A stretch of 64,000 nucleotides of DNA from an uncultured Gemmatimonadaceae bacterium (GTDB lineage: Bacteria; Gemmatimonadota; Gemmatimonadetes; Gemmatimonadales; Gemmatimonadaceae), in NCBI GenBank assembly GCA_963790305.1, contig CAWBOC010000010.1, positions 192,001-256,000 on the forward strand. Reading direction: 5' to 3'. Positions 21,213 to 32,800 of the stretch are shown here, piece after piece. Position 1 is the stretch's first letter, and the number at the start of each line of letters is the position of its first letter. The position numbers were made by a program, and so were the translations under genes. Below the pieces are notes generated by a model. The model worked only from the letters and a program-made list of their open reading frames with translations, was not told where the DNA came from and ran no database searches.

Positions 21213-22793
21213 ATGATGAGCATCGACTCGGCGGATCAAGCCCGATCAGTGCCGGTCGTTCCCGGCGATCGCGCCGAGGGTCGCCTTGCGGACTCCGTGC
21301 CTAACCAGGTATGGACAGCGACGCCTGACGGAAAGCTCGACTACGTGAACGCTCGCGTGCTCGAGTACTTTGGCCGCACCTTCGACGAGATGATCGGCAT
21401 GGGATGGCAGGACGTGATCCATCCCGCCGATCTCGCGCGGGTGCTCGAGACGTGGACGCGCTCGCTGGCCACGGCCGAGCCGTACGAGGTGGAGTTCCGC
21501 CTGCGGCGCACTGATGGCGACTACCACTGGCACATCGGGCGCGCCATGCCGGAATTCCACGCCGACGGCCGCGTCGTGAAATGGTTCGGATCGAACACCG
21601 ACGTCCAGGATCTTCGCGCGGCGGAAGAAGCCCGCGACCTCGCGCTCGCCGAGGCGAAGGCGCAGCGGCAGCAGCTCTACGAGGTGTTCATGCAGGTGCC
21701 GGCGGCGATTACCGTGCTCGAGGGGCCCGACCACATCTTCACGGTGGTGAACCCGCGCTACGCCACGCTCACCGGTCATCGCAAGATCCTCGGGAAGCCG
21801 ATCCGCGAGGCGATGCCCGAGCTGAAAGATCAGGGATACTTCGAGATCCTCGAATCCGTCTACGCGACCGGGCAGCCGTTCAAGGCCCGCGAGTCGCTGG
21901 TTCAGCTGGATCGCGATCGGGACGGGCTGCCCGAGAGCCTGTACGTCGACTTCGTCTACCAGCCATTGAAGCGCGCGAGTGGCGAGACGTTCGGCATCAT
22001 GGTGCACGCGGTCAATGTCACCGACAAGGTTCGCGCACGCGAGGAGATCGCCGCCGCCCGGGCGGAGGCGGACAACGCCAACCGCGCGAAGAGCGAGTTT
22101 CTCGCCGCCATGTCGCACGACCTGCGCACCCCGCTCAACGCAATCGGTGGCTACGCGGATCTCGTGCGTGACGGGCTCTACGGCCCGGTGACGGACGCGC
22201 AGGTGTCGGCCATGCAGCGCATCCGGAGAGCCGAGGATCACCTGCTGGCGCTGATCAACGACATCCTGAGCTATGCCAAGATCGAGGCGGGCCGTCTCAC
22301 CATTGATCCCACCGACGTGCCGGTGAACCAGACGCTGGCCGAGCTTCGCATGCTCGTCGCCCCGCAGATCGCCGCGAAAGGATTGAAGTACGAGTTCCGG
22401 CCCGGCCCGTCCAATGTGCTGATGCGCGTGGATCGCGAGCGTGCGACGCAGATCCTGCTCAACCTGCTCACCAATGCGGTGAAGTTCACCACCGACGGAT
22501 CGATCACGGTCGAGTTCAATGCCACGGAAGACGATGTGATCATTCGCGTGTCCGACACAGGCCCGGGAATCGCGCCCGACCGGATGGCGACGATCTTTGA
22601 TCCGTTCGTTCAGGCAGGACGCTTTGGGGAGCCGCGCAAGGAGGGGGTGGGACTCGGACTCGCGATCAGTCGCGAGCTGGCGCGCGCCATGGGCGGCGAC
22701 CTCACCGCCGTAAGCGAGCTCGGCCGCGGCTCGACGTTTACCGTTCGGCTGCCTCGCGCGGTGCCTGCCGAACGTCGGAAGGTTGCCAGCTAG
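21213..22793 (+). CDS. PAS-PAS sensor histidine kinase (cytoplasmic, no adjacent regulator)
   Basis: Two PAS/PAC domains; H-box SHDLRTPL; N-box NAVKFT; DTGPGI; GVGLGL. Confidence 0.93.
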   Translation: MMSIDSADQARSVPVVPGDRAEGRLADSVPNQVWTATPDGKLDYVNARVLEYFGRTFDEMIGMGWQDVIHPADLARVLETWTRSLATAEPYEVEFRLRRTDGDYHWHIGRAMPEFHADGRVVKWFGSNTDVQDLRAAEEARDLALAEAKAQRQQLYEVFMQVPAAITVLEGPDHIFTVVNPRYATLTGHRKILGKPIREAMPELKDQGYFEILESVYATGQPFKARESLVQLDRDRDGLPESLYVDFVYQPLKRASGETFGIMVHAVNVTDKVRAREEIAAARAEADNANRAKSEFLAAMSHDLRTPLNAIGGYADLVRDGLYGPVTDAQVSAMQRIRRAEDHLLALINDILSYAKIEAGRLTIDPTDVPVNQTLAELRMLVAPQIAAKGLKYEFRPGPSNVLMRVDRERATQILLNLLTNAVKFTTDGSITVEFNATEDDVIIRVSDTGPGIAPDRMATIFDPFVQAGRFGEPRKEGVGLGLAISRELARAMGGDLTAVSELGRGSTFTVRLPRAVPAERRKVAS

Positions 22794-23902
22794 GGGGCTT
22801 CGATCACCGAGAGTCGGTAAACGGCCCGGACGTCGCCGGGTGTTCCTTCGACCGGCTCCTCCGCCATCGTCGAGACGGCGAGGGCGCGCCCGTTAGGCGA
22901 CCACGCCGCGCCCGTGACGCGACCGGGAATGAGCAGTGGCGCGGCCGACGCGGCGCCTGGCCGCCGAGCGCGGATCAGGACCTGACTCAAGAGATTGTCC
23001 GACCGGAATACGGCGACCCGCTCACCATCGCGGCTGACCGAGGCGGCGGTGCCACGCGGCAACCCGCTGGGCGTTTCGGCCCATGTGCGCATATCGAACA
23101 GCGCGAAGGTCGCCAGTGTGTCCCCAGAGAGGCGCCGCGTGGCCAGGACGGTGTCGCCCCAGGCGGTGACAGGCTCGAGAAACGCGCCATCGTTCACCGA
23201 GGTGACGCGATCGAACTGATGCGTGCCGAGGTCATGCAGCGCGATGTCGCTGCGCCACCCCGATTCGCGATACCCCGTGGTGCCATCCCTCCCTCCAACG
23301 GCACGCACGGTGAAGAGGATGCGGCGGTCATCGAGCCACAGCGTGACCGCCGGCGGCGAATACCCGGGGAGGCGCAATGCGAGTGGCTCGAGGCCCCCGC
23401 TCGTCGTGTCGACGAGCGCGTGGGTGACGCTGCCCTCCTCGGCCCACGACGTCAGCAGGCGGCGCCCGTTAGGCGCCCAGTGGATGTCGAAGGTGGGATC
23501 TCCGGCGGGTCGTTGCGGAAGCGACGAGAACCGTAGCACACGGCGGGCGCGTCCGCCCCGCCGCATGATCCAGATGCCGGTCGTGTCCACCCACGCGAGC
23601 GCGCTGCCATCGCGCGATCGGCGAGCGCCCGAGGCCCGTATGCCCCATGGGCGTCCGGCGCCGGACGGCGCGTGAATGTCGACCGGATTCGATCCCGCGA
23701 GCCCCCAGAGCGTGTCGTCGGTCACCCAATCGCTGAGGACGAAATATCGCGGCGCGTTGACGATGGGCCGAACGGTCCAGGTGACCTGCGAATCGGCGCG
23801 CGCCGCGGCCGCGGCAGTGTCGCGGGCCGGCTCCCGCGATGGCGGGTCGGGGGCATCGCATCCCGCGGCGACAAGGAGGCATGTGGTGAGGACTCGGCGC
23901 AT
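22790..23902 (-). CDS. Lipoprotein with TolB/WD40-like beta-propeller repeats
   Basis: Lipobox AAGC; repeats SRDGS, WAPNGRR, SRDGER, WSPNGR. Confidence 0.65.
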   Translation of the reverse strand: MRRVLTTCLLVAAGCDAPDPPSREPARDTAAAAARADSQVTWTVRPIVNAPRYFVLSDWVTDDTLWGLAGSNPVDIHAPSGAGRPWGIRASGARRSRDGSALAWVDTTGIWIMRRGGRARRVLRFSSLPQRPAGDPTFDIHWAPNGRRLLTSWAEEGSVTHALVDTTSGGLEPLALRLPGYSPPAVTLWLDDRRILFTVRAVGGRDGTTGYRESGWRSDIALHDLGTHQFDRVTSVNDGAFLEPVTAWGDTVLATRRLSGDTLATFALFDMRTWAETPSGLPRGTAASVSRDGERVAVFRSDNLLSQVLIRARRPGAASAAPLLIPGRVTGAAWSPNGRALAVSTMAEEPVEGTPGDVRAVYRLSVIEAP

Positions 23903-23957
23903 GATGTTCGTCGCGGAGGAAGTGGAAGTAGAGCGACTGCGCAGTACGCAGTTCTGT

Positions 23958-24785
23958 TTACCCCTTCACGGCCCCGGACGTCAGTCCCTGCACGATTCGC
24001 CGCTGGAAGATGAGCACGATCGCGGCCACCGGCGCCGTCGCGATCACCGACGCGGCCAGGATCTCGCCCCACGGAACCTGGTATTCTCCGCGGAAGAGGG
24101 CGATCGCCACCGGTACGGTCTGCCGCTCGGGGCCTAACGTGAACGACAGCGCGAACAGGAACTCGTTCCAGCAATAGATGAAAGTGAGAATCGCCGTCGT
24201 GGCGAGTCCGGGCATCGCCAGCGGGACGATGATTCTCACGAACGCGACGAGACGACTTGCGCCATCCACGAGCGCCGCCTCCTCCAGATCCTTTGGGAGC
24301 TGCCGGAAGTATCCCACGAGGAGCCAGACCGTGAGCGGCATCGCGAACGTCATGTATGGCATGATCAGTCCCGGATAGGTATTGATCAGCCTCATCGCTC
24401 GCAGCAGCAGATAGAGCGGGCTCACGATGGAGATCTGCGGGAACATTGACACGGCGAGGATGAATCCCAGAATCAACGCCTTGCCGCGGAACTCGAGGCG
24501 CGCGAGCGCGTAGGCGGCGAGCGAGCCGACGGTGACGCAGAACACGGTCGTCACTCCAGCCACCACCAACGAGTTGCGCACCGGAGTCCAGAAATCGCGC
24601 GTCGCGAACAGGGCGCGATAGTGCGAGAGAATCGGATCGGCGGGCCAAATCGAGGGATCGCTGAAGAGTGCCGCCTCGGAGGTGAGTGAGGCGACCAGCG
24701 CCCAGTATAGAGGAAAGGCGATGGGAATGAGCAGCGCCACCACGATCAGCGTCCGCAGCCACGGCCGCTCGGCGCGGGCCGTCAT
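23958..24785 (-). CDS. Carbohydrate ABC transporter permease (MalG-like)
   Basis: EAA loop LEEAALVDGAS, WNEFLFA, C-terminal GLTSGAVKG. Confidence 0.93.
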   Translation of the reverse strand: MTARAERPWLRTLIVVALLIPIAFPLYWALVASLTSEAALFSDPSIWPADPILSHYRALFATRDFWTPVRNSLVVAGVTTVFCVTVGSLAAYALARLEFRGKALILGFILAVSMFPQISIVSPLYLLLRAMRLINTYPGLIMPYMTFAMPLTVWLLVGYFRQLPKDLEEAALVDGASRLVAFVRIIVPLAMPGLATTAILTFIYCWNEFLFALSFTLGPERQTVPVAIALFRGEYQVPWGEILAASVIATAPVAAIVLIFQRRIVQGLTSGAVKG

Positions 24786-25693
24786 CGCTGTTCTCCGCTC
24801 AGACGGAGCCCGAGCCCGCGGATATAGATCAGCGCCAATCCAAACGTGATCACGAACACCACGACCGAAAGCGCCGAGCCGTAGCCGAATCGGAGGTGCT
24901 GGAGAATGATCGTGTGCGTGTAGAGCGCGATCGGCTCCGTCGCAGTCCCTGGACCGCCCCCGGTGAGCGCGTAGAGCAGGTCGAAGACGCGGAACGCGTC
25001 GAGCGTGCGGAAGATCAGCGCGACGAAGATCGTCGGCTTGAGCAGCGGAATCGTGATGTGCCAGAGCCGCCACCACGCGCTCGCGCCGTCGACTTCAGCA
25101 GCCTCGTAGAGACTCTTGTCAATACTCTGGAGTCCGGCGAGCAGGAGGATCGCGACGAAGGGCGTCGTCTTCCAGACATTGGACAGGATCACCGGAATCC
25201 AGGCGGTGGTCGCCTCGATGAACCACACCATGGGGCGCTCGAGCACGCCGATGGCGACGAGCAGCGCGTTCGCGATGCCGGCCTGCGAGTCGAACATGAA
25301 GCGCCAGAGCAGCGCGGCGACGACGGTTGGGATCGCCCAGGGAAGAAGCGAGGTCGCCCGAGCGAAGCCACGCCCGCGGAATGCGCTGTTCATCGCCAGC
25401 GCGATCACCAGGCCGAGCACGAGCTCGAGCGATACCGTGACGACGGTAAAGAAGAGTGTATGTCCAAGCGACGACCAGAATCGCGGATCGCGTGCGAGCT
25501 CCGCGTAGTTGTCGACGCCGATGAACGGGCGCCCGAGCCAGGGCATCCGCAGATCCTGCAGGTGCAGCGAGTTCCACACCGTCCACACCAGCGGGAAGAT
25601 CGCGATCAGCGCGATCACGCTCACCGCGGGCGTGACGAACGCGAAGGCCAGCCGCCGATCCTGCGTCAGGCGCGGATCCGCTCGTGCGCTCAT
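24782..25693 (-). CDS. Carbohydrate ABC transporter permease (MalF-like)
   Basis: FIGVDNY, LYEAAEVDGAS, LTGGGPG. Confidence 0.93.
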   Translation of the reverse strand: MSARADPRLTQDRRLAFAFVTPAVSVIALIAIFPLVWTVWNSLHLQDLRMPWLGRPFIGVDNYAELARDPRFWSSLGHTLFFTVVTVSLELVLGLVIALAMNSAFRGRGFARATSLLPWAIPTVVAALLWRFMFDSQAGIANALLVAIGVLERPMVWFIEATTAWIPVILSNVWKTTPFVAILLLAGLQSIDKSLYEAAEVDGASAWWRLWHITIPLLKPTIFVALIFRTLDAFRVFDLLYALTGGGPGTATEPIALYTHTIILQHLRFGYGSALSVVVFVITFGLALIYIRGLGLRLSGEQR

Positions 25694-26988
25694 CGCGACG
25701 ACGTGACGGGTCGGCCGAACATGTGCTCGCGCAGGCCCGTTCTGTCGATGGCCGCGTTCATCTTCTGCGCCGCGGCGGTGAGCGCGGCCTCCGGCGTGAT
25801 CTGGCCGGCCAGCGCACGGTGCAGCTCGATCTGGAGAATCTCCGAGAGCTGCGTGTAGAGCGGCGTCACCGGCCGCGGAGTCGCACTCTCGACGGCGCGC
25901 CTCGCGTCGTCGGCGGGTATGGCGAGCGCCGCACGCAGCGACGGCTCGTCGTAGACGGCTCGCAGCGTCGGAAATTCCCCAATGGCAACGGCTCTTTCCA
26001 GCTGCTGCTCGGGCGCGGTGATGAACCGCACCAGCGCGAAGGCTGCTTCGGGATCCTCGGTCCACCGGTTGATGGCCAGCTGCGCTCCGCCCAGCGCAGC
26101 GGTCGGACGGCCGCCGGCAGCCGCGGGCATCGGTGACACCGCGTACTTTCCAGCCACGCGCGATTGCGACGAGTCCGCCATCGCGGTGTACGCATATGGC
26201 CAGTTGCGCATGAACACCGCGCGCCCGTTCTGGAAGGCGAACCGAGTCTCCTCCTCGTGCCAGGTGAGCACGTCGTTCGGAGCGATCTTCCACCGGCTGA
26301 TCTGGTCCCGCATGAACGCCAGCGCGCGCACCGCCTCGGGCCCGTCGACGCGGACGTTCATCGAGTCGTCCATGATCTGGCCGCCAAAGCCGCCGAGGTA
26401 TTCGAGAAACACTGTCACGAGCCCTTCGTAGCGCGCGCCCATCCACGCGATGCCGAATGGCACGGTGCCGCTCGCGACACCGCGCTGCGCGAACGCCGCC
26501 AGCTCGTCCAGCGACGCGGGCTCCCTCGGCACCAGATCGGTGCGTCGGTAGAGGAGGCCGACGTCAGCATACCAGGGGAGGGCGTAGAGATCCCCCGCCC
26601 AGCGGCACGCGCGGAGCGTTCCTGGAAAGAACGCCGCCGTGTCGATCGACGGATCCTTCAGCGGAAGGAGCCAGCCGGCCGCAGCGAACTCGGAGGTCCA
26701 GACGACATCGAGCTCGAGCACGTCGGGATCTCCCGCGCGCGCGTTGAGCCACTGCACGAAGAGCTGATGGCGCTGGGTCGCGTCATCCGACACGCGATGC
26801 AACCGGACCTCGATGCTCGGGTTCAGCTGCATGAACCGGTCGAGCTGTCGCCGGAGCAGGGGACCATCGGTGCCCACGACGCTGCTCGAGATCGTGATCA
26901 CCGTACGGCCGCTCGCACTCTCGCGGCCGCCACACGCGGCGACCGCGAGCGCGATGCACGCGACCGCGAGGCGCATCCCCCCCGTCAC
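25690..26988 (-). CDS. Sugar ABC transporter substrate-binding lipoprotein (trehalose/maltose-like)
   Basis: Lipobox VAAC; LDVVW, YEGLV, FMRNWPYAY, LGG.QLAIN, PRPVTP.Y. Confidence 0.9.
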   Translation of the reverse strand: MTGGMRLAVACIALAVAACGGRESASGRTVITISSSVVGTDGPLLRRQLDRFMQLNPSIEVRLHRVSDDATQRHQLFVQWLNARAGDPDVLELDVVWTSEFAAAGWLLPLKDPSIDTAAFFPGTLRACRWAGDLYALPWYADVGLLYRRTDLVPREPASLDELAAFAQRGVASGTVPFGIAWMGARYEGLVTVFLEYLGGFGGQIMDDSMNVRVDGPEAVRALAFMRDQISRWKIAPNDVLTWHEEETRFAFQNGRAVFMRNWPYAYTAMADSSQSRVAGKYAVSPMPAAAGGRPTAALGGAQLAINRWTEDPEAAFALVRFITAPEQQLERAVAIGEFPTLRAVYDEPSLRAALAIPADDARRAVESATPRPVTPLYTQLSEILQIELHRALAGQITPEAALTAAAQKMNAAIDRTGLREHMFGRPVTSSR

Positions 26989-29378
26989 GGTCTCGGCAGC
27001 TGCGACAGGCGGAACTGCACCGCGAGATTGGTGAGATTCCAGAGCTGAATGTCGGAGCTCGAGCCATACCGAACCGGCGTGAGCGCGCCATTCACAATGC
27101 GGTAGCTCCAGAGCTCGTTATGCGAGAGCCCGGAGGCCTCGACGGCGTCCAGCGTCTGGCGGAGCGCGGCATCGAGCGCAGCCACGTGCGATGGCGACAC
27201 GGTAGTGCGCAGCTGGCCGGCGTCGTCATAGGCGTCGCCGATCTGCCGTGCGAGGGCAAGGAAGAGAAGATTGACCTCGCGTCCCCAGACCACGCGAGGT
27301 GAATGGTACTGATCCTTTCGGAATGCCTCCCATACCGAGGCTGGCGCGTACGCATCGTTCGCGACCACTGGACCGAGCCTGGCGACGAGCAGGCCGATCG
27401 GGTAGGGCCGGATGAAGATGTCGAGGTCGCGCCGCACGCGATCGGGCGTGAGGTCCTGGAGAAACAGCGCCATCGCCGGATCGGTGCTCGCGACGCGAAT
27501 GGGGCGACCGGCCGCGTCGAGTGACACCGCGAGAAACTCGAGCGCCGACGTGTCGGCCGCACTCGGCGACATCGCACGCTGCCAGTACGCGCGCTCTTCA
27601 CGCGGGAGCGCGGCGAGACGGGCGCGGACCGCTGCGCGCACCGCGGCCGGCGACAGCCGTACTACGAAATGCCGCGCCGCGTCGCGCCACGCGGTAGCTG
27701 CCGCCGTGAACCCGTGAGCATCCGGGAACGACGCGCCGGCGTCTCTCAGCATGGGCATCTTTTCGAGGATGCGCACACACGCCCAGAGCGCCTCGGGAAC
27801 CCAGATCGCGTTGATGTCCATCGCGAAGCGGCCGTTGGCATACCCGGCGTTACTGTCGCGCCAGCTTCCAGGGAAGTGGCTTCCGTTGGGTCGCCGCGGA
27901 AAGGCGATGAGGTTGGTCGCCACCGGCTGCGCCGCATAGGGAGCGGCCGACCTCCTGACGTATTCGATGTTGCGGAGCAGCGCCGTGAGCCGCGTGGTCG
28001 TGTCGGCGCCGGCACGCTCGAGCAGAAACGCGCGCTTACGCTCCGCGGGGATGCGGTCGTCATCGAGATAGCGCGCCACGACGATCGGGAACTGGAAGTC
28101 GTCGTCGAGCATGTTGTAGTTCTCGCGCACGGCATCGAGCTGCGCGAGCACCTCACGCGCACGCGACAGCGCCGAGTCCGCGGCAACGGTTCGACCCGCG
28201 CGGCGCGCGCGAGCGTACTCCGCCATGCGCTCGTTGTAGACGGCTGCATTCTCGCGGATGGCCTGTCCGCCGAGCGCCTCCTCGTGGCTCACCTCACCGG
28301 TGGGCGCGAGCTTGCGCAGCGCACTGCCGATCACGTGCTCGAGCATGCCCGGCGACCAGATCGGCTCCATCATGAGAGCCGACATCAGCATATCGCGACC
28401 GAAGTACGTCGCGAAGTTGGGAAGCCCGGCCATCAGCTTCTCCCGGGAGCTCACCAGCTCGAGGCCGCGGACCTGGCGCTCGAGCCATCGATACCGCAGC
28501 GCGCCGGCAGAATCGGTCGCCCCCCGCTGGGTCTCCAGGAACTGGCGGAATTCGGCGTTGAGCAGATCGTCGCGCCCAATGGGAGTAAGCGCGGCCGAGC
28601 TCGTGGTGATGCGGATGGCGAGATCGATCGGCGCGCCGCTGCGCGAGCGAACTACGACGCTGCGCGCGCCCACCTGCACGTGCGCCGCCAGACGGTTGAC
28701 GCGAAACTCGAGGCCAAGGTGCGAGCGCCCGTCGAACGACGGCTGCTCGACCGTGATGATCCAGCTGCTGTCGACTTCCGAGCGCGTGACAGTCGGGGTC
28801 ATGCGCGCACGCAGCTCTCGGACGTCGGTCGCACGAACGAGCTCGAGGTGGCGCTGCCGCTCCTCGTCGCTCAGCCGCTCGATGGTCGCGATGAGCGTGT
28901 CGAGCTCGGGCCTCGGGAAGGGCGGTGCATCGAAGGGACGAAGATGGCGCCCCTGGTACTGGAGATCCCGCTCGACGCGCATCGAGCCGAGCAGGAACCA
29001 GCCGAGATCGAGGCGCCGCAGATCGCTGCGGAGGCGGAACTCGAGCGAACGGGCATCGCCCGTGGCCGAGCGGATCGCGTCGACGGAGCCCCACGCCGGG
29101 GCCGTGGGACGGCCCGCGCTGTCACGCACGGTGAACCCGACACTCTCGTTGGCAGCGTCGGCGAGCAGCGCGACGACGCGACCCTCCGTTCCCTTGATGT
29201 AGATCTGAACGGTGTTGTCGGCGGCATCGCGGTAGAAGCGGGTGCGATACCCCTCGTAGGCGGCGGGGTCGTCCATTCCCGGCTCCGGGAAGTCGAGCAC
29301 GGGAGGCGTGGCTTGCGGCTGGGCGCCCGGCGCCCCTGCGGCCAACTGGGCGACGAGGGAGAGGAGCGCGACACTCAT
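26985..29378 (-). CDS. Secreted six-hairpin (alpha/alpha)6 glycosidase, glycogen-debranching-enzyme-like
   Basis: TYFGRD, GEVSHEE, YNMLDDD, WRDS, YH..VVWG, ELWSY and IQLW motifs; first gene of the sugar ABC operon. Confidence 0.65.
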   Translation of the reverse strand: MSVALLSLVAQLAAGAPGAQPQATPPVLDFPEPGMDDPAAYEGYRTRFYRDAADNTVQIYIKGTEGRVVALLADAANESVGFTVRDSAGRPTAPAWGSVDAIRSATGDARSLEFRLRSDLRRLDLGWFLLGSMRVERDLQYQGRHLRPFDAPPFPRPELDTLIATIERLSDEERQRHLELVRATDVRELRARMTPTVTRSEVDSSWIITVEQPSFDGRSHLGLEFRVNRLAAHVQVGARSVVVRSRSGAPIDLAIRITTSSAALTPIGRDDLLNAEFRQFLETQRGATDSAGALRYRWLERQVRGLELVSSREKLMAGLPNFATYFGRDMLMSALMMEPIWSPGMLEHVIGSALRKLAPTGEVSHEEALGGQAIRENAAVYNERMAEYARARRAGRTVAADSALSRAREVLAQLDAVRENYNMLDDDFQFPIVVARYLDDDRIPAERKRAFLLERAGADTTTRLTALLRNIEYVRRSAAPYAAQPVATNLIAFPRRPNGSHFPGSWRDSNAGYANGRFAMDINAIWVPEALWACVRILEKMPMLRDAGASFPDAHGFTAAATAWRDAARHFVVRLSPAAVRAAVRARLAALPREERAYWQRAMSPSAADTSALEFLAVSLDAAGRPIRVASTDPAMALFLQDLTPDRVRRDLDIFIRPYPIGLLVARLGPVVANDAYAPASVWEAFRKDQYHSPRVVWGREVNLLFLALARQIGDAYDDAGQLRTTVSPSHVAALDAALRQTLDAVEASGLSHNELWSYRIVNGALTPVRYGSSSDIQLWNLTNLAVQFRLSQLPRP

Positions 29379-29539
29379 TGGGGGACTCTCACGCGAACGT
29401 CATTGATGAGCTTGTCAACGCCGGGATTCTCGCGGCGAGCGGGGAGTGGACGGCACGGCCCGGCCGTCAGGGCGCGATCGCGCGCACGAAGGCGTTGCGG
29501 ACAGCGCCGAAAAGGGCCTAAAGAAAATCGCCACACCAT

Positions 29540-29569
29540 CTTGACAATGTCAGGGCTGGAGAGGATTGT
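29540..29569 (+). promoter_or_regulatory. -35 box overlapped by a palindromic operator in the divergent promoter region
   Basis: TTGACA at 29541 lies within the palindrome TGACA-A-TGTCA, between the ABC operon and susC; the -10 is weak. Confidence 0.4.
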
Positions 29570-29869
29570 CTTGTGCCAGGGTCTACCCACGAAGTTTCGA
29601 CGACGGGGGTGAGCCTTGATAACCCCCCGCCACGGAACCATTCCGCAGCGTCCGCAGGCACCTCACGCGCGATGCCGCGCGTCGCAGATCTTCACGATGC
29701 ACCGTTAGGCACGCCAGTTCGGGTACGTCGCACGTCGGTTCGTCAGCAGCATCCCTTGCCACTTCCAGTCCGCGATCGGCGTTGAACATGGCCGCGGAAG
29801 CGTGGAGCGGTAAGGTCTCACCTCCAAGTGTCGGTGAGCGTCCACTCCCCACCCTGTAGAGGCAGACGT

Positions 29870-32800
29870 ATGGCTCTGGTCCGTTACTTCGTACTCGCAG
29901 TTGCCGCCGGGCTGTTGTCCGCAGCCCAACTCGGCGCGCAAGGCTCGGTCGGCTCGATCACCGGACGCGTCGTCGACAGTACGAGTCAGCAGCCGATCGG
30001 CTCCGTGACCGTTCGCATCGATGGCACCGCGCGCGGAACGGTCACGCGAGACGACGGCACGTACATGCTCCCGGGCGTTCCCGTGGGGCCCGCTCGCGTA
30101 CGGGCGGCGCGCATTGGGTATGCGCCGATCGTGCAGGAGGTGACGGTCGTCGCTGGCGCCCCGGTCACCGCGAACTTCACGCTGGCACCCGCGGGCGTGA
30201 TCCTCGAGCAGGTGGTGACCACCGGCTACGGCACGCAGCGTCGCGAAGCGATCACCGGCTCGGTGGCGGTGGTGGACGCCGATGCGGCCAACGTCGGCGT
30301 GATCACGAACGCGAACGAGATGATTCAGGGACGCGTCGCCGGCGTGGAAATGACGACGAACAACGGCGAGCCCGGCGCTAGCGCACAGATTCGCATTCGC
30401 GGCGGCACCTCGATCAGCGCCAGCAACGAGCCGCTCTACGTGATCGACGGCGTACCAATTAGCAACGCGCCTCTGGAGCCGGCCGGCCCGACCAACGTGT
30501 ACTCGGCGTCTCTCCCCCGCAGTCCGCTCAACCTGCTCAATCCGTCGGACATCGAATCGATCACGATCCTCAAGGATGCGTCGGCCACCGCCATTTACGG
30601 CAGCCGCGCCGCCAACGGCGTGATCCTCATTCAAACGAAGAAGGGCAACGAGGGTGGCGGATCGACGATCGAGTACGACGGCTACGTGGCGTCGTCCTCT
30701 CCGTCGACCTACCTCGAGCTGCTCAACGGCAATGATTACCGGCAGTTCGTGACCGCCGAGCGAGATCGGATCGCCGCGGTTCCCCTGCCGCAGCGTGACA
30801 CCGCCGCGCTCCGTCAATGGAACGCGCGTGTGGCCGGGCTTGGAAACGCGAACACCGATTGGGAGCGCGAAGTCACCCGAACGGCGATCACGCACAATCA
30901 CAATCTGTCGTTCGCCGGCGGTCGCGAGGAGACGCGGTACCGCGCCTCGGTCAACTACATGAATCAGGAAGGGATCGTGGTGGCGAACGGCCTCCAGCGC
31001 ATCCAGGGGCGACTCAACGCCTCGCACAGCTCCTTCGAGGACCGTCTGCGGATGGGGATCAATCTCACCGCGTCGCACCTCATCAACGACTATCTCCCGT
31101 TCGAGAACACGGGCGGCTTCGAAGGCGCCGTCTTCACGAACGTGGCGATCTTCAACCCGACACGGCCGGTGATGACCACCGACGCGAACGGGCGGCAAGT
31201 GTTCTTCGAGATTCCCGGCCAGATTTCGGTGCGCAACCCCGTGGCGTTGGCAGAGCAGATCATCGACGAGGGCAAGACGACCCGTGCCCTGGGCAACGTG
31301 GTGGCCGAGCTCGACCTGCTGCCAGGGCTCACGGCGCAGGTGAACGCCGGCGCCGACCGGTCGGAGAGCGTTCGGCAGACGTACTTCCCCGGCGAGAACC
31401 CGATCGGCTCGCAGTTCCGGGGCCTGGCACGGCAGGTCGATCGCAATCTCACCTCGAAGACGCTCCAGACACTGCTGACGTACCGTAATCAATCTTCGAC
31501 ATCCACAGCATGGACGTCGTCGGCGGTTACGAGTTCAACGAGTACACGACGGAAGAATTCGGCGCAGAAGGGCGCGGGTACATCACCGATCTCTTCAGCT
31601 TCAACAACCTCGGTGGTGGTCAGACGCTGGTTCCGCCGTTCTCCTGGCGAGAAGACAGCCGCCTCGTGTCGTTCTTCGGGCGAGCGAACTACAGCTTCAA
31701 CGAGACGTACTATCTGACCGGCGTGCTCCGGTACGACGGCGCGTCCCAGTTCGGAGCCGGCAACAAATGGGCGCTCTTCCCCGCCGTCTCGGCGTCCTGG
31801 CGGCTCAGCAAGGGCAACTTCCTGCCTGCGGCCGTCTCGGAGCTGCGGCTTCGCGCGGGATGGGGCAAACAGGGCAACGCCGCGGTGAAGCCCTACCAGT
31901 CATTGCTGCTGTTGGGTCCGGGTGCGCGCTACGTGTTCGGCAGTCAGGCGGTCACCGCCGTGACGCAGACGCAGAACGTGAATCCGAATCTGAAGTGGGA
32001 GGAGACGGATCAGCTCAACTTCGCCGTCGACTACGGCTTCCTCAACAACCGCTTCACCGGCACGCTCGAGTACTACATCAAGAACACCGAAGACCTGCTC
32101 CTCGAGATCAACGTTCCTCAGCCGGCCAACGTGGCGACACGGCTCGAGAACATTGGAAAGATTCGCAACAGCGGTATCGAGTTCTCGCTCGATGCCTTGG
32201 CCCTGGCGACGCAGAATTTCACCTGGCAGGCGGGCCTCGTCTTCGCCGCCGAGCAGAACGAAGTGAAGGAGCTTGGTACTCGCACTTTCATCACGACCGG
32301 CGACGTCAGCGGACAGGGACAATCGGGTCAGAAGTCTCAGCGCATCATGCCGGGACAGCCCCTGGGGACGTTCTTCGGACCCGTCTTCCTCGGCGTGAAC
32401 GCCGCGGGTAAGCAGCTGTTCAAGTGCGGCACCGCCACCGCGGGCTGCGTGAATGGCCAGACCACCAACCCGAACGCCAACGACTACGAGGTTCTGGGCG
32501 ACGCGAACCCCGACTTCAGCCTCGGCCTTCGGAGTCAGATGAACTGGCGCAAGTTCGACGCGAGCTTCCTCATTCGCGGCGAGTTCGGCCAGGAAGTGTT
32601 CAACAACGGCGGGCTCGTCTATTCAACGAAGGGCAATGCACTTCAGGACAAGAACTTCCTGAAGGCGGCGCTCAGTGACCCGATTGGCATCGGCGAGCCG
32701 GCCATCTACTCGTCGCGCTGGATCGAGGATGGCTCGTTCGTCCGGCTCCAGAACATCACGCTCGGCTACACGCTCGACATTCCGGCCTTCTTCGGCGGAT

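Noticed and set aside
27669..31492. Long antisense ORFs (27669-29612 +, 29705-31492 -; similarly 16305-17813, 19262-20746, 49425-51227)
   Set aside because: Shadow ORFs opposite well-supported genes, expected in high-GC DNA; no recognisable motifs.
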